Below are positions 1-9,706 of a stretch of 54,965 nucleotides of DNA, piece after piece. Position 1 is the stretch's first letter, and each line of letters opens with the position of its first letter. The position numbers and the translations under genes were made by a program. Source of the DNA: a virus (taxonomy: Duplodnaviria; Caudoviricetes); IMG/VR virus record IMGVR_UViG_3300036832_000602, positions 1 through 54,965 of that record; one strand, given 5' to 3'. The notes below the pieces were generated by a model. It was not told where the DNA came from and made no database searches. It saw nothing but the letters and a program-made list of their open reading frames with translations.

Positions 1-153
1 AGACCCCGGCGAGCCACACTCTCGGCGTCGGCGGCGAGTGAATCCTTGTCTGAAGGTCAGGGCTTGATAAAGCGACTGCCGGCACCCAGGCCGGCAGAGA
101 AAGCGCTGTAAGAGCGCCTATGGCTAGTGCGATGCGTTTCATCAGTCTCACTC
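1..153. repeat. Terminal overlap, copy 1 (circular assembly or terminal redundancy)
   Basis: 1-126 is identical to 54813-54938; 127-153 matches 54939-54965 with 6 mismatches. Confidence 0.95.
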
Positions 154-208
154 CTTAGCAAGCTAAGAGAGAATCGGTGCGGCGGCTCCTTTCAGGTGGG
201 ATTGCGCA

Positions 209-238
209 ACCCTAGCTGGGGAAGAAGTGAAGGGTCAA
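209..238 (-). promoter_or_regulatory. sigma70-type promoter for the Rpf-like gene across the circular junction
   Basis: Minus strand TTGACC-18nt-TAGGGT, directly downstream of a terminator-like hairpin and ~60 nt upstream of an AAGGAG Shine-Dalgarno. Confidence 0.6.
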
Positions 239-246
239 TGACGCGA

Positions 247-272
247 GAGAGCGGCCCCGAGGGGCCGCTCTC
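247..272 (-). terminator. Conserved GC-rich hairpin, copy 1
   Basis: GAGAGCGGCCCC-GA-GGGGCCGCTCTC, 20 nt after the stop of 293..853; near-identical copies at 1345 and 54268. Confidence 0.7.
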
Positions 273-292
273 CTAACCTTTCGCCGGAGAGA

Positions 293-853
293 TCAGCCGA
301 CGAAGGGCGTTGGCGGGCACATCTGGCCGGGAGCGCCGCACTGGATCTCGAAGTGTCCCTTCGGTCCGAGCGGGGTACCACCGACGAACTGCCCGTTGTG
401 GGCGATCCAGACGAGCACCGTGATGCCGGTCCCGACGACGTTCGCACCACCGGCCGTGGCCGTGAAGGGACAGCCCATCGGGTCGCCGACGGGCGCCTGC
501 CCGTTCCACAGCACGCCGGCAGACGGCGTGTTGACGGCGATGGTGTTGGTGCCGCACGTCGTCGTGAAGCTGTCGTCGTTGGAAATGCTGCCAGCACTGC
601 AGGCCGTCTGACCCTGGCCGATGAAGGACCAGAAGATGGACGTGCTGCCGGTCCGCTGGTAGAGGACCGTCAGCCCCGACAGCCCGAAGGCAGCAGCAGG
701 TGGGCAACCAGGAGGCGGAGGTGGCGGCGGAGGCGGCGGACCGGACGCGGCAGCCGCTCTCGTGGTGAAGCTCTCGATGACGGGAGCCACCCACACGGTG
801 CCACCGACGATGGCGCCGCCCTTCAGGAGCTGACGCCTTGAGATCGCGCTCAC
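293..853 (-). CDS. Tat-exported Cys-rich secreted protein (paralog 3) with poly-Pro linker
   Basis: SRRQLLK twin-arginine motif, hydrophobic stretch, WVAPVIESF, AAAASG cleavage site, 6 Cys in mature part. Confidence 0.8.
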   Translation of the reverse strand: MSAISRRQLLKGGAIVGGTVWVAPVIESFTTRAAAASGPPPPPPPPPPGCPPAAAFGLSGLTVLYQRTGSTSIFWSFIGQGQTACSAGSISNDDSFTTTCGTNTIAVNTPSAGVLWNGQAPVGDPMGCPFTATAGGANVVGTGITVLVWIAHNGQFVGGTPLGPKGHFEIQCGAPGQMCPPTPFVG

Positions 854-1254
854 GTCGGGAAGGTGCCAGCGGTGCAGGTGACGCCGGCCGGCAGGATTCC
901 GGGGCAGGACTGGTTGGCACCGAGGTACGTGCCGGCGAACGAGCAGCCGGTGGGAGGCACTGCCGAGCTTGAGAACACCTGCTGCGAGTTGGCAGAGAAG
1001 AAGACGAAGTGTCCGTGGTCGGCGATGCCGGGGTTGACGTTGTCACAGAACGTCCGGCAGGTGGAGACAGTGAAGTCGTCCTGCCCGGCGCCCAGGAAAG
1101 CACCCGTTGTCGTGAAGCACTGGCAACAGGTCGTCGGCGCCCCGGAAGCCGCTGCGGCCTTCGTAGTGAAGGATTCGATCACCGGTGCCACCCAGGCAGC
1201 ACCAGCAGTGGCTGCCGCTCCCTTTAGAAGCGTTCTTCGACTGACTGTACTCAC
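850..1254 (-). CDS. Tat-exported Cys-rich secreted protein (paralog 2)
   Basis: SRRTLLK, WVAPVIESFTTKAAAASG, CCQC...CxxxC; GTGA overlap with the next gene. Confidence 0.8.
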   Translation of the reverse strand: MSTVSRRTLLKGAAATAGAAWVAPVIESFTTKAAAASGAPTTCCQCFTTTGAFLGAGQDDFTVSTCRTFCDNVNPGIADHGHFVFFSANSQQVFSSSAVPPTGCSFAGTYLGANQSCPGILPAGVTCTAGTFPT

Positions 1255-1344
1255 TTGGTCACCTTTCGTGTTTTCCCTCAGTGTGCGCCCGTGGCGCGCA
1301 CGATGCGTACGGCGAATGAGTGAGGAATCCTACGCTGACGCGGA

Positions 1345-1368
1345 AGAGCGGCCCCGAAGGGCCGCTCT
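1345..1368 (-). terminator. Conserved GC-rich hairpin, copy 2 (UUCG loop on minus strand)
   Basis: AGAGCGGCCC-CGAA-GGGCCGCTCT just after the stop of 1391..1861. Confidence 0.7.
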
Positions 1369-1390
1369 CTCCTCCGCTGGGAACGGATCT

Positions 1391-1861
1391 CTAGGTGTGC
1401 CAGTAGCCGCGGTCGCACTTCACGCCGAGTGGCTTCAGCTCGCTCGGCGGCGGGCAGTGGCTGTGGTAGCCGGGACCGTCCGGTGGTCCGGGTGGCACGA
1501 CGACGCGGTTGAGCCAGTGGTTCTCGATGTGGCAGCCGGGTTGTGGATGACCGGCGCTCACCCCGGCGAAGGGCGTCGTCGGGTTGGACGTGAAGTGCAG
1601 CACGACGCCGTGCGTTCCTTTCGGGGCCGCAGCCTCGCAGGCTGCCACGCACCCCGCCTTCGTGTAGTGGTCCACAGCCACAGCCACGAACGCTCCCGGC
1701 TTGCCGGGAGGGTCGCCGAAGTAGCAGGCGCAGCAGGCGTGTGCCGATCCCGTCTGCGCCGAGGCCACCGTGTCGATCTCGGGCGCGACCCAACCGAGGC
1801 CGACCAATCCGGTGCCTATTGCCGCCTTCTTGAGCAACTCCCTCCGGTCCATGGTCTTCAC
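1391..1861 (-). CDS. Tat-exported Cys/His-rich secreted protein (paralog 1)
   Basis: MDRRELLKK, WVAPEI, ASA cleavage site, CCAC...CxxxC similar to paralog 2. Confidence 0.8.
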   Translation of the reverse strand: MKTMDRRELLKKAAIGTGLVGLGWVAPEIDTVASAQTGSAHACCACYFGDPPGKPGAFVAVAVDHYTKAGCVAACEAAAPKGTHGVVLHFTSNPTTPFAGVSAGHPQPGCHIENHWLNRVVVPPGPPDGPGYHSHCPPPSELKPLGVKCDRGYWHT

Positions 1862-2433
1862 GCCGGACTCACACCAATGTCCGAGGTGACCTCAACGACG
1901 TAAGCGGTCGAGTCGGTAAAGACGACCAGGTTTTCGCCGACAGTCAGGTTCATCGAGTTGGCGTAGTTCGATGCCGCAGCATCTTCGCTGTCAGCAACCA
2001 CCCACATGCACGGCTGCCCTGGCGACATCACCCAGTAACCAGTAGCTGGGTCCGGCATCGGGATGTCCGGCTTCGATGGCGGTGGCAGCACGATCGGGTG
2101 CGATGGACGGTACCCAGGCACTCCGTAGCCGGGATCGACTGGAGGCCGAGGCCAGGCGATCGGATGCGAGGGCCAACCGGGCACGCCGTAGCCGGGGTCG
2201 ATCGGGCTGTAGATCGGAGGCATGACGTTGACGGGTGGCATGTAGATCGGAGGCGTCGGCATGGGGACGTTGCCACCGCCCCAGATCCCCGGTGGCTGGT
2301 AGATGGGAGGCATGACGCTGACTGGCGGGTAGTAGATCGGCGGTGTGACGGTCGGCGGATAGTAGATCGGCGGTGTGACCTGTGGTGGCTGTTGGATCGG
2401 CTGCTCCGGCTTCGGAGCGTCTGGATCTGACAT
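1858..2433 (-). CDS. Proline-rich repeat protein (VTPPIYYPP, DPGYGVPG, PSHPI repeats)
   Basis: AAGGAG SD before MSDPDAP; tandem PPIY repeats; stop overlaps next start. Confidence 0.75.
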   Translation of the reverse strand: MSDPDAPKPEQPIQQPPQVTPPIYYPPTVTPPIYYPPVSVMPPIYQPPGIWGGGNVPMPTPPIYMPPVNVMPPIYSPIDPGYGVPGWPSHPIAWPRPPVDPGYGVPGYRPSHPIVLPPPSKPDIPMPDPATGYWVMSPGQPCMWVVADSEDAAASNYANSMNLTVGENLVVFTDSTAYVVEVTSDIGVSPA

Positions 2434-2502
2434 GGGCTGCTTCTCCTTATTTGGTTGAGAGAACGACATAGATGACGAACACTGCGCCGATGGTCATCCA
2501 GA

Positions 2503-2700
2503 TCAATGCGAAGGTGGCGAACTGGCGTTTCCGTTCTCTGGCAGAGAGATCAGGATCATGGCTGCTCCCGCTACCAGTGCAACTGCCGCCAGCAGGTCGG
2601 TGGCGATGTCGCGGTTGAGGGCAAGCACGACGGCGCCGAGGACGAGGGACGCGACGCCGAAGAGGATCAGCAAGATCGTCCTCCGTAAGCGCCACGGCAT
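2503..2700 (-). CDS. Putative holin (2 TM helices)
   Basis: Directly after endolysin; two hydrophobic segments (ILLILFGVASLVLGAVVLAL; LLAAVALVAGAAMILISL). Confidence 0.6.
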   Translation of the reverse strand: MPWRLRRTILLILFGVASLVLGAVVLALNRDIATDLLAAVALVAGAAMILISLPENGNASSPPSH

Positions 2701-2704
2701 CGTC

Positions 2705-3442
2705 TTACTTGACTGCGTTCTCGGCGATCGGGAACTTGGCGATCCTGTCGTCCGGCCAGGTGCCGACATCCTTTGCCCCAGCCTTCTTGTAATCGTTCAC
2801 TTCATCAGGGTTCTTGACTGGGGTGCGGAAGCTGCCCCAAATGAGCCAAATCCCCCCGGCCTTGTTGTGAACAATGAGCATCGGGCAATCCTCCTCTTCT
2901 TCTGGCGTTGGCGTGGTCGGCCCTGACGGTTTGCCCTGAGCTATATCGAGCACACGGGTCCAAGGGAAGCCGTCGCCCACGTCCCAGTGTCCCCCACCCC
3001 AGGTGCCGAGGTCGCCGTGGTCGCAGACACCACGGCTCCCTCCCTGTGCCTGCTCTGCCGACAGCCTGACGATCGGGATCCCGAAGCGCGATGCTTCCTC
3101 GGCGATCCACTGTGCGATGTTCTCCAGCATCTGCGGGTGCCTGTCCCATTCGCCTGCTGACCATCCTGCGAAGGCGCAGGTCTCAGCCTGGATCGCCACC
3201 GGGTTCGCATTCGCCGCTGTCCAGGCTTTGTTTCCAGGCTTCACGTATTCGCCGATTTCGTTTGGCGTGTCGTCTATCCCGACGTGCGAAGATACCTGGC
3301 TGCTTGAACTGGCGAAGTAGTTCCCCAGCGACTGATAGGTCAGTGCTCCTTCGGCGGTGTGCAGCACGATCAGCCTTACTGCGGAGCCACCACGGCTTGA
3401 GTAATTTGGGCTGGCGATGAACACCCGTCTCAGTGCTGGCAT
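2705..3442 (-). CDS. Endolysin, N-acetylmuramoyl-L-alanine amidase (Amidase_2-like)
   Basis: SPNYSSR, IVLHTAEG, SSHVGID, KAWTA, IQAE, DHGD...HWDVG zinc-amidase motifs. Confidence 0.9.
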   Translation of the reverse strand: MPALRRVFIASPNYSSRGGSAVRLIVLHTAEGALTYQSLGNYFASSSSQVSSHVGIDDTPNEIGEYVKPGNKAWTAANANPVAIQAETCAFAGWSAGEWDRHPQMLENIAQWIAEEASRFGIPIVRLSAEQAQGGSRGVCDHGDLGTWGGGHWDVGDGFPWTRVLDIAQGKPSGPTTPTPEEEEDCPMLIVHNKAGGIWLIWGSFRTPVKNPDEVNDYKKAGAKDVGTWPDDRIAKFPIAENAVK

Positions 3443-3558
3443 CAGGATGCTGCGGGGGTTGTATCTCCGTGGGACGGCTCCTCTGGTGGCTCGGGTGTTG
3501 GCTCAGGCTCCTCGTCCTCGCGCTCTTCCTCTGTCTCTTCAGTTTCGGGATCACTCAT
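3442..3558 (-). CDS. Small highly acidic protein (38 aa; not in ORF track)
   Basis: MSDPETEETEEEREDEEPEPTPEPPEEPSHGDTTPAAS; GAGGAGG SD; TGATG coupling to endolysin start. Confidence 0.6.
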   Translation of the reverse strand: MSDPETEETEEEREDEEPEPTPEPPEEPSHGDTTPAAS

Positions 3559-3560
3559 AA

Positions 3561-3887
3561 CTACCTCCTCTTGGGTGCAATCATCTTGGCCGGTGCCTTC
3601 TTGGCCGGCACTTTCTTCGCAGGCGCTTTCTTCGCAGGCGCTTTCTTACCGTGCTGACACAGTGCGTGCTGCGCATGGGTTTTGCTGGCGTGACTGGTGT
3701 GCCTGGTCCCCTTGGAATGGTTGGCACGCCGAGCTGCAGCCGACTGGCCGGTCTGCTTGGCAGCGGCGCGCTTGGCGACGGGGTGCTTCTTGGCAGGGTG
3801 CTTGGCTCCCTGCTTGGTGCTGCCTGCCTGCCCACTGCGGTGCGCGGCAGGATGGCCGTGTGTCGGGCATTTCGCCAAATCGGCCAT
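3561..3887 (-). CDS. Basic Lys/Ala/His-rich protein with PAKK repeats (histone H1/HupB-tail-like)
   Basis: KKAPAKKAPAKKVPAKKAPAK; in operon orientation. Confidence 0.65.
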   Translation of the reverse strand: MADLAKCPTHGHPAAHRSGQAGSTKQGAKHPAKKHPVAKRAAAKQTGQSAAARRANHSKGTRHTSHASKTHAQHALCQHGKKAPAKKAPAKKVPAKKAPAKMIAPKRR

Positions 3888-3895
3888 GTCACATC

Positions 3896-5110
3896 CTATG
3901 TGGCGTTCTTGGTGATCCGGGTGATGACCTTCTCGTGGCGGAGGATCCGGTGGAGCAGGTTCGAGTACTTCGGCCCGACCGTCACCTGAACCACTTCCTC
4001 GCCCGACACGTCACCGACGAAGATGTCCATCTGCGTGACGCGGGTCTGGATCGAGTCGTTGATGCGCCCGTGGTTCACGGTCACGGTCACGATGTCGCCG
4101 AGCCACAGGGCACTCGGATCCCACCAGCCCTGCTTCAAGGTCAACACATACGACGGCGTCAGGTTCGAGTCGCGCACCAGCTCGTAGATGGCGGCGTCCT
4201 CAACCGCTGGGGTCGAGGTCAGGTCGCCGTTCCCCGCCTGGAACTCCCAGCGCCCGGCAGCTTCCAGCAGCGGGTCCGTCTTCCAGCCGGTGGACAGGGC
4301 TTCGTCTACGACGTTCTTCCGCTGCGACGTGGTGCCGGGAGTGGTGCTCCCGGATATGCGCACGACGTTGGCGTAGGGCTGGCCTGTGGAGGCGTTCATC
4401 GCCCGCTGCACGTTGGTGACGTTGTCGCCGTAGGTCAGCTTCATGCCGATGTTCTGCCCACGGCCCTGCTGGTTCAGTCCGTGCGGGGGCTGTGGCCAGG
4501 TGTTGAAGGCCATTGTCGGGCTGATCTCCCACTCGAAGCCGGAGTTCAGCGTGGCGATGTTGTCGATGGCCTGGTCGATGTAAGTACCCTCCGCAGGCTC
4601 CTGTCTGCGCAGTTGAGCCGACGAAGACGCCGGGGTGAACAGCCCTTTATGGATGCCCCAGTCGCCGCCAGGCTGATCCTGGCTCCGGTCGATGATGTCC
4701 CAGGCGATCGAGCACTGGTCCACCGGTGGCTCTGGAGCCTTCCCATAGTGGAAGGTCGGCCACGGGACCATCCGGTGGGCGAGCATCCCGCGGTAGTCGG
4801 TAGCCGTGAAGTCCACCGTATGCACGTCGGGCGACGTACCGCCAGCCACGTTGCCGGCCTGCTCACCGATCGTGTCCTGGCTCGACATGAAGCGCCCGCG
4901 GAACATGAGGTGGTTGTCCCGGTAGCACATCAGGTCGGAGGTGACCTCCTGCACGTAACTGGCGTCAGCCTCCATCGCGTCCATCGTGAACGCTGCCGTG
5001 CAGGCTTCGGTCAGCATCCATGTCATCTGGCGGGAGATCGCCGTGTTCAGCTCTCCCTGCGTGACGCCCTTGGTAGTGGCCACCACGAAGTGCCAGTCAG
5101 GTCCAGGCAT
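3896..5110 (-). CDS. Minor tail / baseplate hub protein (siphovirus Gp37-like)
   Basis: Position after tail fibres; LMCYRD..LMFRGR N-terminal and LGDIVTV C-terminal motifs; TGATG-coupled start at MPGPDW. Confidence 0.7.
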   Translation of the reverse strand: MPGPDWHFVVATTKGVTQGELNTAISRQMTWMLTEACTAAFTMDAMEADASYVQEVTSDLMCYRDNHLMFRGRFMSSQDTIGEQAGNVAGGTSPDVHTVDFTATDYRGMLAHRMVPWPTFHYGKAPEPPVDQCSIAWDIIDRSQDQPGGDWGIHKGLFTPASSSAQLRRQEPAEGTYIDQAIDNIATLNSGFEWEISPTMAFNTWPQPPHGLNQQGRGQNIGMKLTYGDNVTNVQRAMNASTGQPYANVVRISGSTTPGTTSQRKNVVDEALSTGWKTDPLLEAAGRWEFQAGNGDLTSTPAVEDAAIYELVRDSNLTPSYVLTLKQGWWDPSALWLGDIVTVTVNHGRINDSIQTRVTQMDIFVGDVSGEEVVQVTVGPKYSNLLHRILRHEKVITRITKNAT

Positions 5111-6375
5111 CAGCCCGTCCCCAGGTAGTCGGCCTGGAAGAAACATGTATAAGCAAGGCCAACTGAGTAAGCGAGGCTTGCTGTACTAGACCAGGACCAT
5201 AGCTGAAGGAAATCGTTGGCTGCAGCACGTACGACTACTGTGCCGTTCGCGTACAAAACAGGTGGCATAGCAGACCCTGCAGAAGCGACCTGAGTATTGA
5301 ACTTCCTAAATCCGCTGTCAGCTAAGGCTACATTCAACCACTGACTAGCTGCCGTAGGTGCGAAAGCCATCTGCCCAGTGAGCCGCCAGAACCCTGCGAC
5401 TAATGTAATGAACCCTGGGTTCGGTGTAGCAGACCACAGACCGTAGTCGTCCCACTGCATGGCGTCGAAGGTTATCGCGGTGTTCGCTGCCGTAACTGTC
5501 GTCAATGCTGCGGAGCGAGCGTAGTAACCGTGCAGTACGTCACGAGCTTTATTCCAGACTCCAGCCTTGACGCCACCCTTGGCGACCCAAATCTCACCCA
5601 TCGAATCAGTGAACGTCGTGAACCCAGCACCTGACGCAAGCGCAGCAGGGAGGTTCATGCCGACTGTCGGGTTGGGGTAAGTACCAGCAAGATCGCCACC
5701 CGAAGCGCCAGAGGGTGGACCACCTGGAGCAGCGGGAACCCACGATGATCCGTTCCAGGTGAGCCTCTGTCCACTTGCTGCGCCGGTCGTGGTACCAAGT
5801 GGCGACCCGTTGATCCTGGCCACTGTCGGGTTCGGTAGGTTACCTGACAGGTCTCCACCAGCCGCTGTGCTCAAAATGGGACGGCGATCGGTGAGGTTCG
5901 CGTTCACGATCGACGTGACGTTGGGTCCAATGAGAACGTTGCAGATCGCGAACTGGTTGGTACCCAGTGCCGGAGCGACCTGGCTACCAGTGGTAGCGGG
6001 TGTGCCCACGACAGTTGTGAAGATGAAGTCGCTGTTCGATCCTGTATCCACGTACTGATTCCGTACCTGAGCCACGACGACATCAATACGTGACTGGCCA
6101 GCGCCAGGAGCCGTCGATATCACAACGTTCTCTACTGCATCTGAGAAGAGGTAGTACGACCCTTCATTGGTCGTGTAGTTTCCGAGTAGCATCGCACGTC
6201 CAGGCTGAATGTCAACTGACATGTTGGCACCAGCAGCGCGTTGGCTGGCAGACATCGACCCGGTAGTGAACCTCACGTTCGAGGCATTACTAGTAGCTAG
6301 GTCGCCGCGGTTCATACGATCTATGTTGGCGTTGTACTGACCCCAGTCCAGGGACAGCGGTGCATAACGTGTCAT
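5110..6375 (-). CDS. Tail fibre / minor tail protein paralog D (MTRY family; GGDLxGxxPNPTV repeats; C1q-like C-terminus)
   Basis: N-terminal ~170 aa shared with three neighbours; ends FFQADYLGTG. Confidence 0.75.
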   Translation of the reverse strand: MTRYAPLSLDWGQYNANIDRMNRGDLATSNASNVRFTTGSMSASQRAAGANMSVDIQPGRAMLLGNYTTNEGSYYLFSDAVENVVISTAPGAGQSRIDVVVAQVRNQYVDTGSNSDFIFTTVVGTPATTGSQVAPALGTNQFAICNVLIGPNVTSIVNANLTDRRPILSTAAGGDLSGNLPNPTVARINGSPLGTTTGAASGQRLTWNGSSWVPAAPGGPPSGASGGDLAGTYPNPTVGMNLPAALASGAGFTTFTDSMGEIWVAKGGVKAGVWNKARDVLHGYYARSAALTTVTAANTAITFDAMQWDDYGLWSATPNPGFITLVAGFWRLTGQMAFAPTAASQWLNVALADSGFRKFNTQVASAGSAMPPVLYANGTVVVRAAANDFLQLWSWSSTASLAYSVGLAYTCFFQADYLGTG

Positions 6376-8003
6376 CAGCCAGTCCCCATGTAGTCAACCT
6401 GGAAGAAGCAGGAGTAAGCCAGACCTACAGAATAGGGGATGCCTGCTGTATTGGACCAGGACCACAACTGTAGGTAATCGTTGGCATTGCACCGAAAGCT
6501 CACTGCACCTCCGGCACACATGGCGGCTCCAGCCACCACCGCTGATGACAGCACGACATTATTGAGCTTCCTGAACCCACTCACAGCCAAACCTACATTC
6601 AAGGTTTGACCAGCAGCAGTAGGTAGGAAATACATCTGACCTGTCAGACGCCACATACCAGCGATCGGTACTATAAACCCTACAGTCGGAGTACTCTGCC
6701 AAATACCGTAATCGTCGTACTGAACGGCATCGAAGACGATCGGCGTATTTACCGTCGTCACTGTCGATAGGGCTGCGACGCGTGCAGAGTATGCATGTAG
6801 CACGTCCTTCGCACGCTTGTAAGCACCACCGTTGACGCCACCCTTCGCCACCCATACCTCGCCTGTGGTGTCGGTGAACGTGGTGAACGGTGCAGCCGAA
6901 CCGAGCGCAGCAGGTACATTCATGCCGACAGTCGGGTTCGGGTACGTGCCTGCGAGATCGCCGCCCGCAGCACCAGTAGGTGGACCACCACCAGTAGTTA
7001 CCGTCTGCGGCACCCACGCCGAACCGTTCCAGCCGAGCTTCTGGTTGACCGCAGCGCCAGTCAGCGTGCCGAGCGCGGTGCCGTTGATGGCATCAACGAT
7101 CGGGTTCGGGTAGCTGCCTCCGAGATCACCGCCTGCTGCACCGCTCGGTGGGAGGGTGGTGGCTGATGTCTGCGGTACCCATGCCGTACCGTTCCAGCCA
7201 AGCCTCTGGTTGGTCACAGCACCGGTCAGCGTGCCGAGCGCAGTTCCGTTGATCTTGGCGACAGTCGGGCCGGGATAGGAGCCAGAGAGGTCGCCGCTGG
7301 CCGGTCCTGTCGATGGACCAGCAGGACCGGTCGCGCCTGTAGGACCCTGAGGACCAGTAGCGCCGGTGGCACCGGTGTTGCCCTGTGGTCCTTGAGGTCC
7401 AGTCGCGCCTGTAGTGCCGGGAGGTCCCTGAGAGCCAGTGGCGCCGGTCGGTCCCGTAGGACCAGCGGGTCCGGTAGGACCAGGAGGACCAGGAGTGCCA
7501 GCGGGCGAGTACACCGGAGGGAGCACGTTGGTGATGTTCGTCGTCAGGATCTGGGTGACGTTGGCCGCAACGGCCACCTGCGCCAGAGCGAGCTGGTTCG
7601 GCCCCACCGTAGGTACCACAGGGGCACCGGAAGCAGTGCCGGTCAGCACGACGAGGACGAAGTCGTTGTGCCCACTGCTGTCCAGGTAGTCGTTGTCCAC
7701 CTGCGCCACGATCAGGTCGATTCGAGGATAGACAGGATCGGCAGTCGCGAGCGGGACGTTCTCCGGCGCGTCGGAGTACAGGTAGTACGAACCCTCGCCG
7801 AGCACGAGGTTGCCGGGGAAGGCAACCCGGCCCGGCTGCACGTCCACCGACATCGAGCCAGGGAAGAACGCGGACGGCGTGACCTGGAAGGCGTTCGCCG
7901 TTAGGACGGCGAGGTTGGCCCCGTAGATGTCCCCGTAGGCCATCCGGTCGATCTGTGCAGTATCGGCGTAGTTCTGCACATAGAACGGGGTGTAACGGGT
8001 CAT
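6375..8003 (-). CDS. Tail fibre paralog C with collagen-like G-X-Y repeats and C1q-like C-terminus
   Basis: MTRYTP N-domain, [10 protein letters not shown] repeats, 3x GDLxGxYP module, ends [10 protein letters not shown]. Confidence 0.75.
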   Translation of the reverse strand: MTRYTPFYVQNYADTAQIDRMAYGDIYGANLAVLTANAFQVTPSAFFPGSMSVDVQPGRVAFPGNLVLGEGSYYLYSDAPENVPLATADPVYPRIDLIVAQVDNDYLDSSGHNDFVLVVLTGTASGAPVVPTVGPNQLALAQVAVAANVTQILTTNITNVLPPVYSPAGTPGPPGPTGPAGPTGPTGATGSQGPPGTTGATGPQGPQGNTGATGATGPQGPTGATGPAGPSTGPASGDLSGSYPGPTVAKINGTALGTLTGAVTNQRLGWNGTAWVPQTSATTLPPSGAAGGDLGGSYPNPIVDAINGTALGTLTGAAVNQKLGWNGSAWVPQTVTTGGGPPTGAAGGDLAGTYPNPTVGMNVPAALGSAAPFTTFTDTTGEVWVAKGGVNGGAYKRAKDVLHAYSARVAALSTVTTVNTPIVFDAVQYDDYGIWQSTPTVGFIVPIAGMWRLTGQMYFLPTAAGQTLNVGLAVSGFRKLNNVVLSSAVVAGAAMCAGGAVSFRCNANDYLQLWSWSNTAGIPYSVGLAYSCFFQVDYMGTG

Positions 8004-9706
8004 CAGTTCGGGATCAGGATCACTGTGCCATTGGAGCCTGGACTTGGATTGGGCAGGCTGGCGCCACCGTTGAAGCCAGCCGCACCACCATTGGCATCGA
8101 TCGTTATGCCGGGGATGTTGTTGGGAGAGCCAATCGTTACCGAGCCACTGACTACCACCACAATGCCACCCCCACCCCCACCACCGCCTGCCGCGGCGCT
8201 CGTTGGGGAGCCTCCAGTGCCGCCCCTGGCCTGGATTGCACCAGTGCCAGCGAACGTACGGATCGCGAGCATCACGGTCCCACCCCCAGAGCCACCACCA
8301 CCACCAGGGCTGCCGGTTACGCCACCACCAGAACCACCTCCAGCACCACCGCCAACTACGACAGAGTTACCGAGGGAATACGGGTCAGGATAAGTACCAG
8401 CCATAACTGCTAGAGAGGTACGTGGTCGTGCCGAGCTGCCGGTTACGCCACCAGCTACGCCTCCACTTCCACCGTTGAAGCCGCTAGAAGAGCCGCCAGC
8501 ACCACCGGAAGCTCCAGAAGTGTTGTACAGCGAGGCGCCATTGTTACCGAGTGTGCCGGAGGCACCAGCGGCGCCAGCGGCACCGAAGGTAACTTGACTG
8601 CCAGTACCACCGCTCAGAGTGCCACCCGAAGTGAGTGCAGCGCCAGCCCCACCACCATTGGCGCCGTTACTGCCATTCCATTGGATGGTGCCGTTGTGGG
8701 TGAGGACGCCAGAGCAGAAGATGCGGTAGCCAGCCGTGCGGATGCTCACTCCAGAGTTGATGGTGCCGCCCGACAGGAACAGGTCGCGGGTCAGCGTGTA
8801 GACGTTCGAGGACGGCGCCATCCCGAGGATGGTCGAAGAGCCGTTGAAGGTCGGAGCACCATCCGAGCCGTCACCGAAGACACCCAATCCACCACCGGAT
8901 GCCACTACGTTCCCCGGCACCCAGGCTGAACCGTTCCACGTCAGCACCTGGCCGGTGGTCGGCGCGAGAGTGCCCAAGGGAGATCCGTTGATCTTCGCCA
9001 CGGCCGGATTCGGGTAGGTGCCAGAAAGGTCACCGGCAGCCGTGCCGCTCGGTGTGCCTGACGGCCCTTGTGGTCCAGTAGGACCTGTCGGTCCGGCAGG
9101 CCCAGTGGTACCGGCAGGTCCCTGTGGCCCAGGCGCCCCAGGATTTCCCGGCGGTCCAGGCGGCCCCTGTGGTCCAGTCCCACCGCCACCGCCGCCGCTC
9201 CCCGGTGAGTACATCGGTGGCCGTAGGTCCGTGATGACCGTGTTGCTGATTCCAGTGACGCTGTCACCGATGTACACCTGGGCCAGGGCAAGCTGGTTCG
9301 ATCCGAGTGGAGGCGCCACAGCACCGCCGACAACTGCAGGCTGACCTTGTACCGTCGTAAAGATGAAGTCGTTGTTGGCCCCACCATCCACGAAGCCGTT
9401 GCGTACCTGCAGTACGACGATGTCGTAGCGCTCGACCCCGGCGCCCGAGACTGCGATCGGCACAGTCTCGACGGCGTCCGACCATACCCAGTATAGACCC
9501 TCGCTCTGGACGAAGTTCCCGACGACCGTGGCCCTTCCCGGCTGGACAGTGACGTTCATGTCGGAGCCGGTGTTCTGACTAACAGTAAGGTCGGTGGAAG
9601 TACCCATCAGCGCAGCCTGCTGACCGAGGATGTCGCCGTGGAACATACGGTCGAGCTGCGCAGGGTATGAACCCAACTGCTCGTACATCGGTGTGTAGCG
9701 AGTCAT
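8003..9706 (-). CDS. Tail fibre paralog B with collagen repeats and Gly-rich C-terminal domain
   Basis: MTRYTP N-domain, G-X-Y repeats, FGDGSDG motif followed by poly-Gly domain. Confidence 0.75.
   Translation of the reverse strand: MTRYTPMYEQLGSYPAQLDRMFHGDILGQQAALMGTSTDLTVSQNTGSDMNVTVQPGRATVVGNFVQSEGLYWVWSDAVETVPIAVSGAGVERYDIVVLQVRNGFVDGGANNDFIFTTVQGQPAVVGGAVAPPLGSNQLALAQVYIGDSVTGISNTVITDLRPPMYSPGSGGGGGGTGPQGPPGPPGNPGAPGPQGPAGTTGPAGPTGPTGPQGPSGTPSGTAAGDLSGTYPNPAVAKINGSPLGTLAPTTGQVLTWNGSAWVPGNVVASGGGLGVFGDGSDGAPTFNGSSTILGMAPSSNVYTLTRDLFLSGGTINSGVSIRTAGYRIFCSGVLTHNGTIQWNGSNGANGGGAGAALTSGGTLSGGTGSQVTFGAAGAAGASGTLGNNGASLYNTSGASGGAGGSSSGFNGGSGGVAGGVTGSSARPRTSLAVMAGTYPDPYSLGNSVVVGGGAGGGSGGGVTGSPGGGGGSGGGTVMLAIRTFAGTGAIQARGGTGGSPTSAAAGGGGGGGGIVVVVSGSVTIGSPNNIPGITIDANGGAAGFNGGASLPNPSPGSNGTVILIPN

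Noticed and set aside
150-245. c-di-AMP (ydaO) riboswitch upstream of the Rpf-like gene
   Set aside because: The predicted leader is only ~55 nt and lacks the conserved ydaO elements
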